A stretch of 64,000 nucleotides of DNA from Pseudomonas phage pPa_SNUABM_DT01. Position numbers and translations under genes: made by a program. Under the pieces are notes generated by a model. It was not told where the DNA came from, made no database searches, and was given only the letters and a program-made list of their open reading frames with translations. The stretch lies in sequence record MW735835.1; one strand, written 5' to 3'. Shown here in pieces: positions 18,140 through 27,804 of this stretch (position 1 is its first letter; each line of letters opens with the position of its first letter).

Positions 18140-18418
18140 ATGAGCGAGTCACCAGAAGAGTTTGGGCCACTGACGCCTGAACAAGAACAAGAGATGCTCC
18201 GTCATCCGTTGAACGGACAGTACATCCACGAGCTGGAAGAGGATGTCAAGTACTACAGCCGTGTGCTCAAGGACACTTCGGAAGGCGATCCAGTACATCG
18301 CCGCTTTACCGCCCAGCTGGAATCCACGCAGCGTTACATTAACCTTCGCCGTCGGTTTGACCAATACGGCGTCGCTACCATCTTCGACCTGGACAAAGTC
18401 CACGACACCCGCCGTTAA
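18140..18418 (+). CDS. hypothetical protein (92 aa)
   Basis: 'aagggggtaacaccATG' RBS. Confidence 0.5.
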   Translation: MSESPEEFGPLTPEQEQEMLRHPLNGQYIHELEEDVKYYSRVLKDTSEGDPVHRRFTAQLESTQRYINLRRRFDQYGVATIFDLDKVHDTRR

Positions 18419-18447
18419 TTCACCCAGCAATCATCAGGAGATACCCC

Positions 18448-18786
18448 ATGAACAAAGCACTCGACGAACTGATGTGGGCTGCTCACCGCGCGGAAGGTGA
18501 AGCCGCTCATGCAATCGACAACACCGAAGGGATGTTCATCGACATCCGTGACGAGCAACAACTGCCCGTTGAAGGTGACATCGAAGGTATCCATACCTTT
18601 AACCTGGGCGTGTCCATGGGTATCAAAACCTTCCTGGATCATTTGTCCACGGCAGGCTACAGCATCGTTACTCCTGACGGTGACGTCATTGCGCCTCATA
18701 GCGAAGGCTGCAAGACCGAACCGCTGGGTGAGACCTGGCAACACTGGCTGCTCTCGGGTGGCAAGAACCTGCGGGTGGCGGAATGA
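18448..18786 (+). CDS. hypothetical protein (112 aa)
   Basis: 'caggagataccccATG' RBS. Confidence 0.5.
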   Translation: MNKALDELMWAAHRAEGEAAHAIDNTEGMFIDIRDEQQLPVEGDIEGIHTFNLGVSMGIKTFLDHLSTAGYSIVTPDGDVIAPHSEGCKTEPLGETWQHWLLSGGKNLRVAE

Positions 18787-19139
18787 AAACGGCAGTAGAT
18801 CTCCACGTGCGTGTGAAAAGTGTCTACCTTGCTTCCACGCACCATTATAAACGCCTGAAGGGAGGCAAACAACTCAGTCGTATTCGCCGTTGTGTGAAGG
18901 ACGTTACAACCGAAGTCAGACCCAAGCAGGACGCTGTTAATGGCATCAACCTGATCATCGAAGTCCGTGATCGTCAATTCACGGGTCGTCTGGAAGGTGT
19001 CCTGTGCAAGAAGACCGGTACCATCAGCTTCGCGGTTGTCGATTCCCAGATGTCCAGTTACCTGAAGAAGAAACGCTTCAATGTAATTGGTTATGAACTC
19101 GAAGCCCGCCAAACCAACCTCAATCGCCGTAAAACGTAA
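18783..19139 (+). CDS. hypothetical protein (118 aa)
   Basis: ATGA overlap. Confidence 0.5.
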   Translation: MKTAVDLHVRVKSVYLASTHHYKRLKGGKQLSRIRRCVKDVTTEVRPKQDAVNGINLIIEVRDRQFTGRLEGVLCKKTGTISFAVVDSQMSSYLKKKRFNVIGYELEARQTNLNRRKT

Positions 19140-19150
19140 GAGAGATAACC

Positions 19151-19384
19151 ATGAGTGAGAACAAAAGCGCTGTAGATTTCATCCTGGATCAGGCTGACCA
19201 GTTTGATCCGACCACCGTGCCCGGCTTTGAAGAGCGGGACAAGGCCGGTGAGTTCAAGAACAAGACCCCGTCCGAGATCCGCGAGATCCTCCTGAACGAA
19301 GCCGAGATGGAGGATTACAACCGCGAAGAGGCCGACGCCATGGAAGAAGAAGACCGTCGTAATGAGGAGCGCGATGATGGCTGA
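19151..19384 (+). CDS. acidic hypothetical protein (77 aa)
   Basis: 'agagataaccATG'; Glu/Asp-rich C-terminus. Confidence 0.5.
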   Translation: MSENKSAVDFILDQADQFDPTTVPGFEERDKAGEFKNKTPSEIREILLNEAEMEDYNREEADAMEEEDRRNEERDDG

Positions 19385-19685
19385 GAAAGACGATCAGCTG
19401 GCTGAAGACCTGCGCGTACCTGTCGGCGGTTTCTCGGTCAGCACTCAGCTGAAAGCGCAGCTGTCCGGCGTCAAGAAGCTCCTGGAAACCGACTACTCCA
19501 AGTTCAAGGAGAAGAAGGCCTACAGGCTGAAGAAGATCCCGGACGCCGCCTACTTCATCAACTACATCGCCGTGTGCCCGAACAGCGGTCTGCCAATGGC
19601 CCTGGGCTTCACGGTGACCACCACTGGCTACGCTCCTCAGGCAATGCTGCTGAAGGACCTCAAACCGGAAGAAGTGTTCTTCTAA
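19374..19685 (+). CDS. hypothetical protein (~103 aa)
   Basis: ATG 19374/19377 after GAGGAG; overlaps the upstream stop. Confidence 0.45.
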   Translation: MMAEKDDQLAEDLRVPVGGFSVSTQLKAQLSGVKKLLETDYSKFKEKKAYRLKKIPDAAYFINYIAVCPNSGLPMALGFTVTTTGYAPQAMLLKDLKPEEVFF

Positions 19686-19694
19686 GGAGTTGTC

Positions 19695-20018
19695 ATGTCG
19701 CTGAAAGAAGACGATCCCTGGGCAGGGACGATCGACCTCACTCAGGCCAGTTTCGGGCGAGGGCGCGAGATCAAGGTCCAGTTGATGGTGGCGCACCAGT
19801 TGGCCACCATGGATTTCAGTGGTTTCAAGGCCAAGCACTGCTACCGGGTGCGTGGTCAAGAAGATGCTGTCTTCTACATCAACGAGATCCAGAAGCACCA
19901 CGAATCGGCCATGCCGGAAGCCTGCGGGTTCTTGTGCATTCCCGGCTCCCTGAAACCTGCCCGTGTCATGCTCACTGAGTTGGGCGGGGAGGTGTTCATT
20001 GGTCCTTCCGTACTCTAA
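19695..20018 (+). CDS. hypothetical protein (107 aa)
   Basis: 'ctaaggagttgtcATG'. Confidence 0.5.
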   Translation: MSLKEDDPWAGTIDLTQASFGRGREIKVQLMVAHQLATMDFSGFKAKHCYRVRGQEDAVFYINEIQKHHESAMPEACGFLCIPGSLKPARVMLTELGGEVFIGPSVL

Positions 20019-20049
20019 GCAGAAGCCATCTGTTGGTGGTCTGGCGCTG

Positions 20050-20262
20050 ATGGTTCCGGCCAACGACAACAAGCCAGACTTCGTCATCATTGGCGACCAT
20101 ACCAGGCTCTCCGTCAAGGCGTCTCTCTGGTTCAAGGTACGGGCAACCGTTCAGCACCAGTGGGCCTACGATCAACTCAAGAAGTTCGCTGAAGCGAATG
20201 AAATGAGTGAGCCGATCTTGGTCATCATCGATTACGACCACCAAGTCATCAAGCCGAAATAG
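20050..20262 (+). CDS. hypothetical protein (70 aa), start uncertain
   Basis: First ATG after the upstream stop in the ORF 19963-20262. Confidence 0.35.
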   Translation: MVPANDNKPDFVIIGDHTRLSVKASLWFKVRATVQHQWAYDQLKKFAEANEMSEPILVIIDYDHQVIKPK

Positions 20263-20291
20263 AGGAGAGGCCTTCGGGCCTCTCCTTTTCA
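20263..20291 (+). terminator. intrinsic terminator gaggagaggcc-ttcg-ggcctctcc + TTTTC
   Basis: 11-bp stem, TTCG loop, short T-run. Confidence 0.65.
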
Positions 20292-20309
20292 CCATCGTGA
20301 GGGAACGAC

Positions 20310-21119
20310 ATGTACACTGCCAAGTCTTCAGGGATCGTGCAATACAACGCAAACGACAGTCGCGTTGAGATCCTGCGGCCGGTCAACGCATCGGAACGTG
20401 CAAACCCCGAATCCTTTTATCAGCTTGAGGAATTCCTCACTGGTACCGTGATCCAGATGGTCGCTACCAAGGACCTCAATCACTTCCGCCAGCATGAGAA
20501 CCTGCATGTCTGGGGTAAAGAACTCTACACCATGGAGATGTACGTCAACCTGCTACGAGATGTGCACCGCATGGTGATCGTTCATGGACCTAATACCGAA
20601 GTCTTCGGTCCACAACCAGATCAGGGCTTCATCATGAAGTCCATCGGCAACAAGATGCACGTCGGGATGCAAGTGACCAACCAAGCGGTGTTAATGGCCT
20701 TGGACACGCACATCGCCGGTATCATGGCAGATGGCACTATCCTGCGTGAAGGGACGGTGTCTTCGTTTGACAGTTTCGTCGCAATGGCTCAGCAACGTGT
20801 CGATAACGCGTTATCAATCATCACCACGGAGGCTTCTGGCTGCTTGCGTCGACAATGGGACCAAGCTGCTGGGTTGGAGATCCATGAGATCCAGCACTTC
20901 TACGTTCGCAACACGTCGACAGACTGGAAGGACTACCTCGACCTGCAACGGGTCATGGACATCCTCAACGTCTCGCACACCACCATCAATCGTTACCGAG
21001 CTGGGCAAGTCCCTGCGGGTTGCGATCCCTTCCCCAAACCTGACCGCTTTCGTGGTCGGTCCCCGTACTGGCATAAGAACACCATCGATGGCTGGATCGT
21101 CCGCCGGGTAATGGAGTGA
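20310..21119 (+). CDS. hypothetical protein (269 aa)
   Basis: 'gtgagggaacgacATG'. Confidence 0.55.
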   Translation: MYTAKSSGIVQYNANDSRVEILRPVNASERANPESFYQLEEFLTGTVIQMVATKDLNHFRQHENLHVWGKELYTMEMYVNLLRDVHRMVIVHGPNTEVFGPQPDQGFIMKSIGNKMHVGMQVTNQAVLMALDTHIAGIMADGTILREGTVSSFDSFVAMAQQRVDNALSIITTEASGCLRRQWDQAAGLEIHEIQHFYVRNTSTDWKDYLDLQRVMDILNVSHTTINRYRAGQVPAGCDPFPKPDRFRGRSPYWHKNTIDGWIVRRVME

Positions 21120-21121
21120 TC

Positions 21122-21151
21122 GAGGGAGCCTTCGGGCTCCCTCTTATGCCG
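21122..21151 (+). terminator. hairpin gagggagcc-ttcg-ggctccctc + TTATGCCG
   Basis: Perfect 9-bp stem; recurring TTATGCCG tail. Confidence 0.55.
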
Positions 21152-21236
21152 CCTCGCCTATTTATTTTTTCCAAGATATCCCTATGTACCGCTTTCTTTA
21201 ATAAGCCTGTTAAGGCTCCCAAACAGGTAGTAAATC

Positions 21237-22154
21237 ATGCCGCCCAGCTTTGAAACACTCAAGACGAAGTTCATGGCGCTGTTGGTAGCGATCTCTGAGC
21301 ACCTGGACACCAAGCTGGACAAAACCAGTGCCGCTGTCAGCGCAGATAAGCTTACCAATCCGTTCAGCCTGACTCTCAGTGGTGATCTTTCTGGTAACGT
21401 CTTCATCCAAGGCAATACCAGCATCAACTGGAATGTCACTCTCGTGAATTCCGGCGTTACCGCCGGGGTCTACCCAAAAGTCACTGTCGATGCCAAAGGC
21501 CGTGTGACTGGTGGCGAACTACTTATCGCGGCAGACATCCCTTCCCTAGATGCGGCCAAGATCGGTTCGGGTACCTTTGCCGTTGCTCGCATTCCGACAC
21601 TCGATGCATCGAAGGTGGGTACGGGTGTGTTTGACCCTCAGCGTATCCCACTGCCCACTAAACTGGCCGCATCCCGTTCCTTCACCATGACAGGCGATGG
21701 TGATTGGTCGGTCAGTGGTGACCTCAGTGGTAACCTGACCGGCGTCCTGACCCTGGCCAACTCCGGTGTCGTTGCGGGTACGTACGGTGGGGCTACTCAG
21801 ATCCCCCAAGTGACTGTGGATGCCAAAGGCCGTATCACGGGTGTCACGCTGGTGAACATCAAGGCCCAAACGGCCATCCCGGTGAACGAATACGTGACTG
21901 TGGCAGCAGGTGGCGTGAAGCAGTACGACCTGCAAACCCTGCTCGGCGCAGGTCATGCCAGCTTCGACAAGAAGACTGCTGAGATCTGCGTCCGTGCCAA
22001 AGACACCAACAGCGCTTCGCCGATGTACCAGGCGTACGCCAACGCAGAAGCACTGGTCAGTGCGGGCATCAAGGACGAACGCTACGTAATCATCGCCAAC
22101 CAGTCCACTTCCGCGCTGGACCTGTTCGTCAAGGTCCTTGTACATCCTCTTTAA
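21237..22154 (+). CDS. tail fibre protein (305 aa)
   Basis: Repeats 'SGVTAGVYPKVTVDAKGRVTGG' and 'SGVVAGTYGGATQIPQVTVDAKGRITGV' typical of phage tail-fibre repeat units; N-terminal 'KFMALLVAISEHLDTKLD' shared with gene 36910. Confidence 0.75.
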   Translation: MPPSFETLKTKFMALLVAISEHLDTKLDKTSAAVSADKLTNPFSLTLSGDLSGNVFIQGNTSINWNVTLVNSGVTAGVYPKVTVDAKGRVTGGELLIAADIPSLDAAKIGSGTFAVARIPTLDASKVGTGVFDPQRIPLPTKLAASRSFTMTGDGDWSVSGDLSGNLTGVLTLANSGVVAGTYGGATQIPQVTVDAKGRITGVTLVNIKAQTAIPVNEYVTVAAGGVKQYDLQTLLGAGHASFDKKTAEICVRAKDTNSASPMYQAYANAEALVSAGIKDERYVIIANQSTSALDLFVKVLVHPL

Positions 22155-22164
22155 GGACTGAGCC

Positions 22165-24855
22165 ATGGCTGATATTTCCTTTGATGTGGCAGAAGGGTAC
22201 TATCTAGCGCCCTTCACTGCCAACATGCTCTTGAGCGCCAATGTTCAGAGCTTGCAGTTCAGTGTCAACGGGGCACCGCCTGCCATTTCTAAGTACATCG
22301 CGTACGACACCCTCACTCCTCCGAACCCGTTCATCGCGGTGACCCAGGACGGTACGGGTAACGTGGTGTACGACGGTGGTTTCCCGAAGTTCTACAACAG
22401 TGTGGCTCCTGTGGCGGGGATCAATGCCTCGATCACCATGGAGTTCAAAGCCACTCGCACTGCTGGCGCCACCGGTAACACGTACTACTACGATGCGTTC
22501 ACCAACAAGAACGTCACCATTGCTATCGGTGACAAGTTGGTGTACGACATGTTCCAGGATAACATCGACGCCCGGGTCGGTATCGATGCTATCACTGCGG
22601 CTAACCCACAGACCGATCCTGCGACGTATTCCCTGCGTGATTGGGGATGGCCCACCTCTGGTTCCATTAAGGACCAGAACGGTTTGGCAGCGCACCCTAG
22701 CACCGCCCTGGGCACCCTGCCCGTCGGACAATGGTACCACCGTGAGTTCGACCTGTCGCAGTGTGCCGGTCACACCTTCATCAAATGGTCGCTGGCCTAC
22801 GAAGGTGAAGTGGCAGGTACGTTTGCCACCCGTTTCCGTGACATCTACATCCTGGACCGTGATGGCAACATCAAGGCCACCTTGTTCAAGGATGTCATTG
22901 ACCTGCCCAACAGCTCGTCTGCTGAAGCAGGGGCTTCGGGTTACACCAACCTGAGCAAGACCCTGTACGACCCACGGTCTCAGTTGTCTGCATCATTCAA
23001 GTACCTGTACAACGCCATCAACTGGGTAGCCAACCCCAAGAAGGTGGCAGCGGGTAACCGTAAGATCCTGATTTTGGGTGATGCCATCTCCACGGGCTCT
23101 TATCCAGTCAAGGGGACGACAGCAAGCGGGTTCAACACCAGCTTTACTCGCTTGTGCGCAGCGGCTGGTTTCACGCCGACGTTTAAGGACATCTCTGATT
23201 ACGCCGGTAGTCGACTTGACCCGACTGCTGCTGAACTGAGTCAGTACACCTGCGTACTGCTGATGTCTTCGCAATCCGGTAACATCGCTTACATCACCGA
23301 TGCTGCGGTGCAGAACTTGCTGGCATTCCGAGAAGCAGGTAACGGCTTGATCGTGGTGACCGACCACGGTCCTGTCATCAGCGATATCGCTCAAGCCAAC
23401 AACACCGCACTAGGCTCGGCCTTCTTCTGGACAGCAAACAAGCTGATCAGTCAATTTGGCGCGTACTTCAGTGGTGACTACAACCGTACGCCTGTGAACG
23501 TGGGGTTCCTTCGTTCAACGTACGGCGATCATCCTCTGTATGCCGGCATGACCAACGCTGAGAACATCAGTGCAGGTGGCTCCGAGAGCCGGGTGCAGGT
23601 GGCGATCTATCCATCGCTCACGCCTGGTCAAGTGGCTCCGTTCAACATCGGCAACGGTAAGACGGTGATCCAAGTCACCGCCACGTTGAACAGCGGTGAT
23701 ATCGTCAGCTACAAGATCACCTACAACGTCGTGACGTTCAAGATCTCCTTCTCGGATGGGACTCAGATCCGGGATAACGGCCAGACCATGGACGTGGGAG
23801 CGAAGAACCAATCCCTCATCAACGCGGTCTTGGTGGGTTCTCTCGACCAGGCGGTTAACGGCATCGTCTACAAGAACGGTGTTCGTGTAGGGGCTGTCAC
23901 GTACACTGTTGCCGGTGGTCTAGTACAGACCTGGGACGATTCAAGCGCAGGTGGGGTGAAGGTACAGAACTCCGACAAGTTCACTGTGATCATGGGCGCT
24001 CCCCTGAACATGACCAGTGAGATCACCATCAAGCGATTCCAACCTATCACGGTTCGTGGTAAGAAGGACCTCGCCGACATCATGAACACCCTGCGGACGT
24101 TCAAGCCTGAGTTGACTGACATCAAGCGGGTTGGAGCAATCATTGCCGACATCGCTGCTGGTGCCCCTGGGCTTGGGATTACCCACTCGGTTAACATCCC
24201 GCTCAACCTGAAACTGTTGGGCGACCACTTCAACAACGAAGGCCGCACATCCGCTGACCACATTTGGAAACTGGAAGCCGACCTTGCAGACCTCATGGGA
24301 ACCAAAGCAGCAGTTGCAACCGGAGCAATGAACTACGTCACCTTCGGTGGCAAGAACGCATTGAAGTTTACGCCGGGCAGCAACGCATGGGTGACCATCA
24401 ACAACCTGAAATTCGGTACCGGTCCGTGGTCGGTGAACCTCTGGTACAACCCAGTCAACTTCACTGATTACCACCACCTCCTCTCGACACCGGACAACGC
24501 GACACTCATCTTCAAGATAGGCAAGAACACTGACCCAATCGCAGCGGCCAAGCCTTATGTAGTCGCGAGTTCGTTCAACGTCGCCGGAGGTAAGGTTGGA
24601 GCTGATTTGGTTACAGCGGGGGCTTGGTCGATGTTCACGTTCACGTTTACCGGGTCTTCTTTGAAGATCTACGTGAACGGCGTACTGAAAGGTGACTTCG
24701 CCGTCACCATGAACGTACCTCTGTCCAATTTCAAGATTGGACATTACACGAACGGGACGACCACCGAGCAATCCAACGGCTATCAGCGTGACCTGTCCAT
24801 CTACAGTCATGCCTTGACGACCAATGAAATACTCGAACTGTACGCTTCTGGATAA
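22165..24855 (+). CDS. large tail fibre / receptor-binding protein (896 aa) with C-terminal concanavalin-A-like (LamG) domain
   Basis: Size and position after the fibre gene; C-terminus 'WSVNLWYNPVNFTDYHHLLS...FTFTGSSLKIYVNGVLKGDF' matches LamG-type lectin folds. Confidence 0.75.
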   Translation: MADISFDVAEGYYLAPFTANMLLSANVQSLQFSVNGAPPAISKYIAYDTLTPPNPFIAVTQDGTGNVVYDGGFPKFYNSVAPVAGINASITMEFKATRTAGATGNTYYYDAFTNKNVTIAIGDKLVYDMFQDNIDARVGIDAITAANPQTDPATYSLRDWGWPTSGSIKDQNGLAAHPSTALGTLPVGQWYHREFDLSQCAGHTFIKWSLAYEGEVAGTFATRFRDIYILDRDGNIKATLFKDVIDLPNSSSAEAGASGYTNLSKTLYDPRSQLSASFKYLYNAINWVANPKKVAAGNRKILILGDAISTGSYPVKGTTASGFNTSFTRLCAAAGFTPTFKDISDYAGSRLDPTAAELSQYTCVLLMSSQSGNIAYITDAAVQNLLAFREAGNGLIVVTDHGPVISDIAQANNTALGSAFFWTANKLISQFGAYFSGDYNRTPVNVGFLRSTYGDHPLYAGMTNAENISAGGSESRVQVAIYPSLTPGQVAPFNIGNGKTVIQVTATLNSGDIVSYKITYNVVTFKISFSDGTQIRDNGQTMDVGAKNQSLINAVLVGSLDQAVNGIVYKNGVRVGAVTYTVAGGLVQTWDDSSAGGVKVQNSDKFTVIMGAPLNMTSEITIKRFQPITVRGKKDLADIMNTLRTFKPELTDIKRVGAIIADIAAGAPGLGITHSVNIPLNLKLLGDHFNNEGRTSADHIWKLEADLADLMGTKAAVATGAMNYVTFGGKNALKFTPGSNAWVTINNLKFGTGPWSVNLWYNPVNFTDYHHLLSTPDNATLIFKIGKNTDPIAAAKPYVVASSFNVAGGKVGADLVTAGAWSMFTFTFTGSSLKIYVNGVLKGDFAVTMNVPLSNFKIGHYTNGTTTEQSNGYQRDLSIYSHALTTNEILELYASG

Positions 24856-24866
24856 CGGAGAATAAC

Positions 24867-25316
24867 ATGAGCGTCGCTCTTCCCAAGTTCACTGAACCGC
24901 TCGAGGAGATCCACTACCTCAAAGCGTTCTCAAACTTCGACACGCGTCAAATCGGCAAGCGTCAGTACATGATGCTTGAAGAGTTCTCGTTCGACGACGA
25001 AGTCTTCGGCAAGATCACTGTACCGAAAGGCTTCGTTACCAACTACGCCTCCCTGGATGCATTGCGCAACATCGTCCTCTTCCCGGTCTACGCTCTGCTG
25101 GCCGATTACGGGGACATGTCCGCGACCATTCACGACTACCTGTACAGCAAAGGCAGCCGAATCACCGTCAACGGTGAGTTGGTGCGCCCGACCAAAGAAC
25201 AGGCAGACGAGATCTTCTACCGCGCCCTGCGCAGTGAAGGCATCGCTCGGTGGCGTGCAGGTATGTTCTTCTACGGCGTGCATCTGTTTGCAGAAGACGC
25301 TTACGAAGAAGACTGA
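24867..25316 (+). CDS. hypothetical protein (149 aa), DUF1353-like
   Basis: 'ITVPKGFVTNYASLD' resembles the 'VP.GF.TDGAS.P' core of DUF1353 proteins often found in tail-fibre loci. Confidence 0.45.
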   Translation: MSVALPKFTEPLEEIHYLKAFSNFDTRQIGKRQYMMLEEFSFDDEVFGKITVPKGFVTNYASLDALRNIVLFPVYALLADYGDMSATIHDYLYSKGSRITVNGELVRPTKEQADEIFYRALRSEGIARWRAGMFFYGVHLFAEDAYEED

Positions 25317-25327
25317 AGGATCTCATT

Positions 25328-26017
25328 ATGCGCATCCTGTTGATGGCCGCGGCAAACAGCAAGAATGGTTACCCGACCGATGTCCTCGCTGACATCATCA
25401 GCCAGTTCACGTTCAAGAACAACTCGATCGTGGATGAGAAATCTAAACGCAACCTCACCTTCACAGGCGGTGCGTCGGTGGTTGATGGTCAGGCCGTGGT
25501 CCCACATGGGACTGGTAAATACACCCAAGTGGCGATTGACTACTTTGGTGCGGGAGACTTCACCTACGAAATCCACTTCACCAGGACTAATCCCGTTTCG
25601 GGTGAGGGCATGGTATTGCCTTGTCATTGGGCAAACGGTGGACTTACCAGCGACGATAACCGCTTCAGTGTGTTGGTTGCTCCAGATGGTTCGATTGGGG
25701 TCTGTTTCGCCACCTCGGGCGCAGCAGGCGCTTATACGTGGCGCGCTAGTGCGGCGAATGTCGTGGGTGTTCTCAACAGGGAATACCATGTGGTCGTCGA
25801 GCGGTATAACGGGATCATCAAGGTCTTTGTTGACCGTGTCGAAGTGTTGTCGTGGAGTCAGCCTGCTCCGCTCTGGGCCACGACCGGCAACTACCTCAGA
25901 GACACCTATAGTGGCACAGGTAACGCAGGGCACAAATGGCGTAACCTCCGGGTTGCTAAGCGTGCGCTCTACAAACACGTCATTCCGGCATTCGTGCCGT
26001 TCCCAGCGATTCCGTGA
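25328..26017 (+). CDS. hypothetical structural protein (229 aa), probable LamG-like jelly-roll
   Basis: ATG 25328 with 'gaaggatctcattATG'; 'YHVVVERYNGIIKVFVDRVEV' beta-sandwich-like. Confidence 0.5.
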   Translation: MRILLMAAANSKNGYPTDVLADIISQFTFKNNSIVDEKSKRNLTFTGGASVVDGQAVVPHGTGKYTQVAIDYFGAGDFTYEIHFTRTNPVSGEGMVLPCHWANGGLTSDDNRFSVLVAPDGSIGVCFATSGAAGAYTWRASAANVVGVLNREYHVVVERYNGIIKVFVDRVEVLSWSQPAPLWATTGNYLRDTYSGTGNAGHKWRNLRVAKRALYKHVIPAFVPFPAIP

Positions 26018-26024
26018 CAGGCAT

Positions 26025-26046
26025 AGAGGAGGGCTTCGGCCCTCCT
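26025..26046 (+). terminator. hairpin gaggagggc-ttcg-gccctcctc
   Basis: Perfect 9-bp stem, TTCG loop, then ATTTATTCG. Confidence 0.55.
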
Positions 26047-26056
26047 CATTTATTCG

Positions 26057-26082
26057 ATTCGAAATATTTTCAACGATACATA
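26057..26082 (+). promoter_or_regulatory. conserved promoter-like box 'TTTTCAACGATACATAGTAGCAGTGA'
   Basis: One of six copies of the same ~26-nt element placed 20-65 nt upstream of start codons. Confidence 0.55.
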
Positions 26083-26145
26083 GTAGCAGTGAGTAGGAAG
26101 AATAATCTACCTATCTCACTTACCCAACTCTCTGGAGAGACTACT

Positions 26146-26355
26146 ATGTACACTGTTAAACACAACCGCATCATCGACAACTACATCGAGCTGCTGAAAG
26201 CTGGTCTGGAAAAAGCCATGGCTACCTTCATCGCTCGTGCTCTGTCGGCCAAAGTGATCCTGGACGTCGCTGTTAGCGATACCGGTATCCACCTGAACAT
26301 CTGGGACAACGAAACCACCAGCGAGAAAGCTGTGGTCTTCGCGTTCAAAGCGTAA
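26146..26355 (+). CDS. small hypothetical protein (69 aa)
   Basis: ATG 26146 with 'ggagagactactATG', downstream of the promoter box. Confidence 0.45.
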   Translation: MYTVKHNRIIDNYIELLKAGLEKAMATFIARALSAKVILDVAVSDTGIHLNIWDNETTSEKAVVFAFKA

Positions 26356-26360
26356 GGAGA

Positions 26361-26396
26361 AAAGGGGATGTACTTCCCTTTTCTTTTTTCTTTTTT
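26361..26396 (+). terminator. intrinsic terminator aaaggg-gatgtactt-cccttt + TCTTTTTTCTTTTTT
   Basis: Stem-loop plus long T-tract. Confidence 0.75.
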
Positions 26397-26455
26397 GCCT
26401 GGGTTTAACAGCCAAATCCCTATGACATAAACCAATCGGCATCAAAGGAACGACC

Positions 26456-27118
26456 ATGCTCGATTTCAGTCCGCTTACGCTTGCGATCCAACGCTTTACC
26501 GACAACATCAAGACCCTCCTGTCGTCTGCTCCCGTTGTGTACGTGGGCGAATACAAAGGCTGGGCTCCGAGCACCATTCCGACTGGCTGGCTGCTGTGCG
26601 ACGGCAGTGCAGTGAGCCGTACCGAGTACGCTGACCTCTTCGCTGAGATCGGCGTTGCGTTCGGAGCAGGAGATGGTAGCACAACCTTTAACCTGCCTGA
26701 CTTCCGTGGTCGAGTGCCTCGTGGTTTGACCGATCTCGAAGCCATGGGTTCAACTGGCGGTAGTGACGACGTTGTTCTCGTGGAGGGCAACCTGCCGGCG
26801 CACGCACACGCCCTTGGTGCAGAAGCCCAAGCCGATACCGTCATGAAATTGGCGACTACCGAGATCAGTCCTGTCAATGTCCCGACGAGCACGAAGAACG
26901 TCTTCGGACCTGCCTTCAGTGGTAGAACTCCAGTCACTACCTATACCGAACCCTCATCTCTTGCCAGTGGTGAGGCCAATTATGGTTCTATCACTACGGA
27001 TCTGTCGGGTGATACCAGCACTGTCGGTTCTGGTGATCCGGTCGACATCACGCCTTCGTATATCGGTCTCCGCTGGATCATCGCCGCTGTCGGTGTACGG
27101 GCTACTGCTGTAGCCTAA
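26456..27118 (+). CDS. tail fibre protein with phage tail-collar domain (220 aa)
   Basis: 'GWLLCDGSAVSRTEYADLFAEIGVAFGAGDGSTTFNLPDFRGR' is the canonical tail-collar motif. Confidence 0.75.
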   Translation: MLDFSPLTLAIQRFTDNIKTLLSSAPVVYVGEYKGWAPSTIPTGWLLCDGSAVSRTEYADLFAEIGVAFGAGDGSTTFNLPDFRGRVPRGLTDLEAMGSTGGSDDVVLVEGNLPAHAHALGAEAQADTVMKLATTEISPVNVPTSTKNVFGPAFSGRTPVTTYTEPSSLASGEANYGSITTDLSGDTSTVGSGDPVDITPSYIGLRWIIAAVGVRATAVA

Positions 27119-27133
27119 ACAGCAATAAGGATA

Positions 27134-27168
27134 GGGGATAGGGGCATTGCCCCTATCCCCATTTATTT
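27134..27168 (+). terminator. hairpin ggggataggggc-att-gcccctatcccc + ATTTATTT
   Basis: 12-bp perfect stem. Confidence 0.6.
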
Positions 27169-27252
27169 AATGGATTTTCTGATTATTCACAGGATACAAA
27201 ACACCTGTCTTTGAAAACGTATGGAAAATACCCTATTTAGAAAGGTCTCGAC

Positions 27253-27795
27253 ATGACCACCTATTTAACCGAAATAGCCAGGTACGCTGCCAACCTCAAG
27301 ACGCTACTGAACAACACAGCAGCCTTGATGAAAACTATCAGGGACTCGAACAGCTATCGCGCTCAAGATGTGTTCAGGACGTTTATCATTGGTACTGGAG
27401 GTCCTTCAGGCACTGGCGGTACTGGCGACATGACTGTCGACAACCTGGGTCAGACAAACAACGTCTACCTCCACTTAAAACTCCCCATCACCAACGCACA
27501 AGACAAGGTCTCCTTCCTGATGCGGATGGAAGGGTACAACTACGGTGCTAGCAAGATAATCAACGTAGCTTGGAGTGGTGGCATGAATGGTGGGAGTCTC
27601 CTCAAAGCCACGTCAGGGACCCATCCTGTTGATGTCTACGTCGACGCCAATGGCAACCTCGTGTGCTCGATCTTCTTCACCAGTATCTACTACACGACTG
27701 TCAACATCGAGACCATGTGTCAAGACGACAGTAAACGAATCATCAGGGGTCAGCTTCAAGGTAAGGTTTCCCTAGCTTCTCAGATCAATTTCTAG
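27253..27795 (+). CDS. hypothetical structural protein (180 aa), paralog A
   Basis: Shares 'Y.D.NGN.V.SI.F.SIYY.T..I..M' and overall layout with the next gene (tandem duplication). Confidence 0.55.
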   Translation: MTTYLTEIARYAANLKTLLNNTAALMKTIRDSNSYRAQDVFRTFIIGTGGPSGTGGTGDMTVDNLGQTNNVYLHLKLPITNAQDKVSFLMRMEGYNYGASKIINVAWSGGMNGGSLLKATSGTHPVDVYVDANGNLVCSIFFTSIYYTTVNIETMCQDDSKRIIRGQLQGKVSLASQINF

Positions 27796-27804
27796 GTGAG
27801 TGCC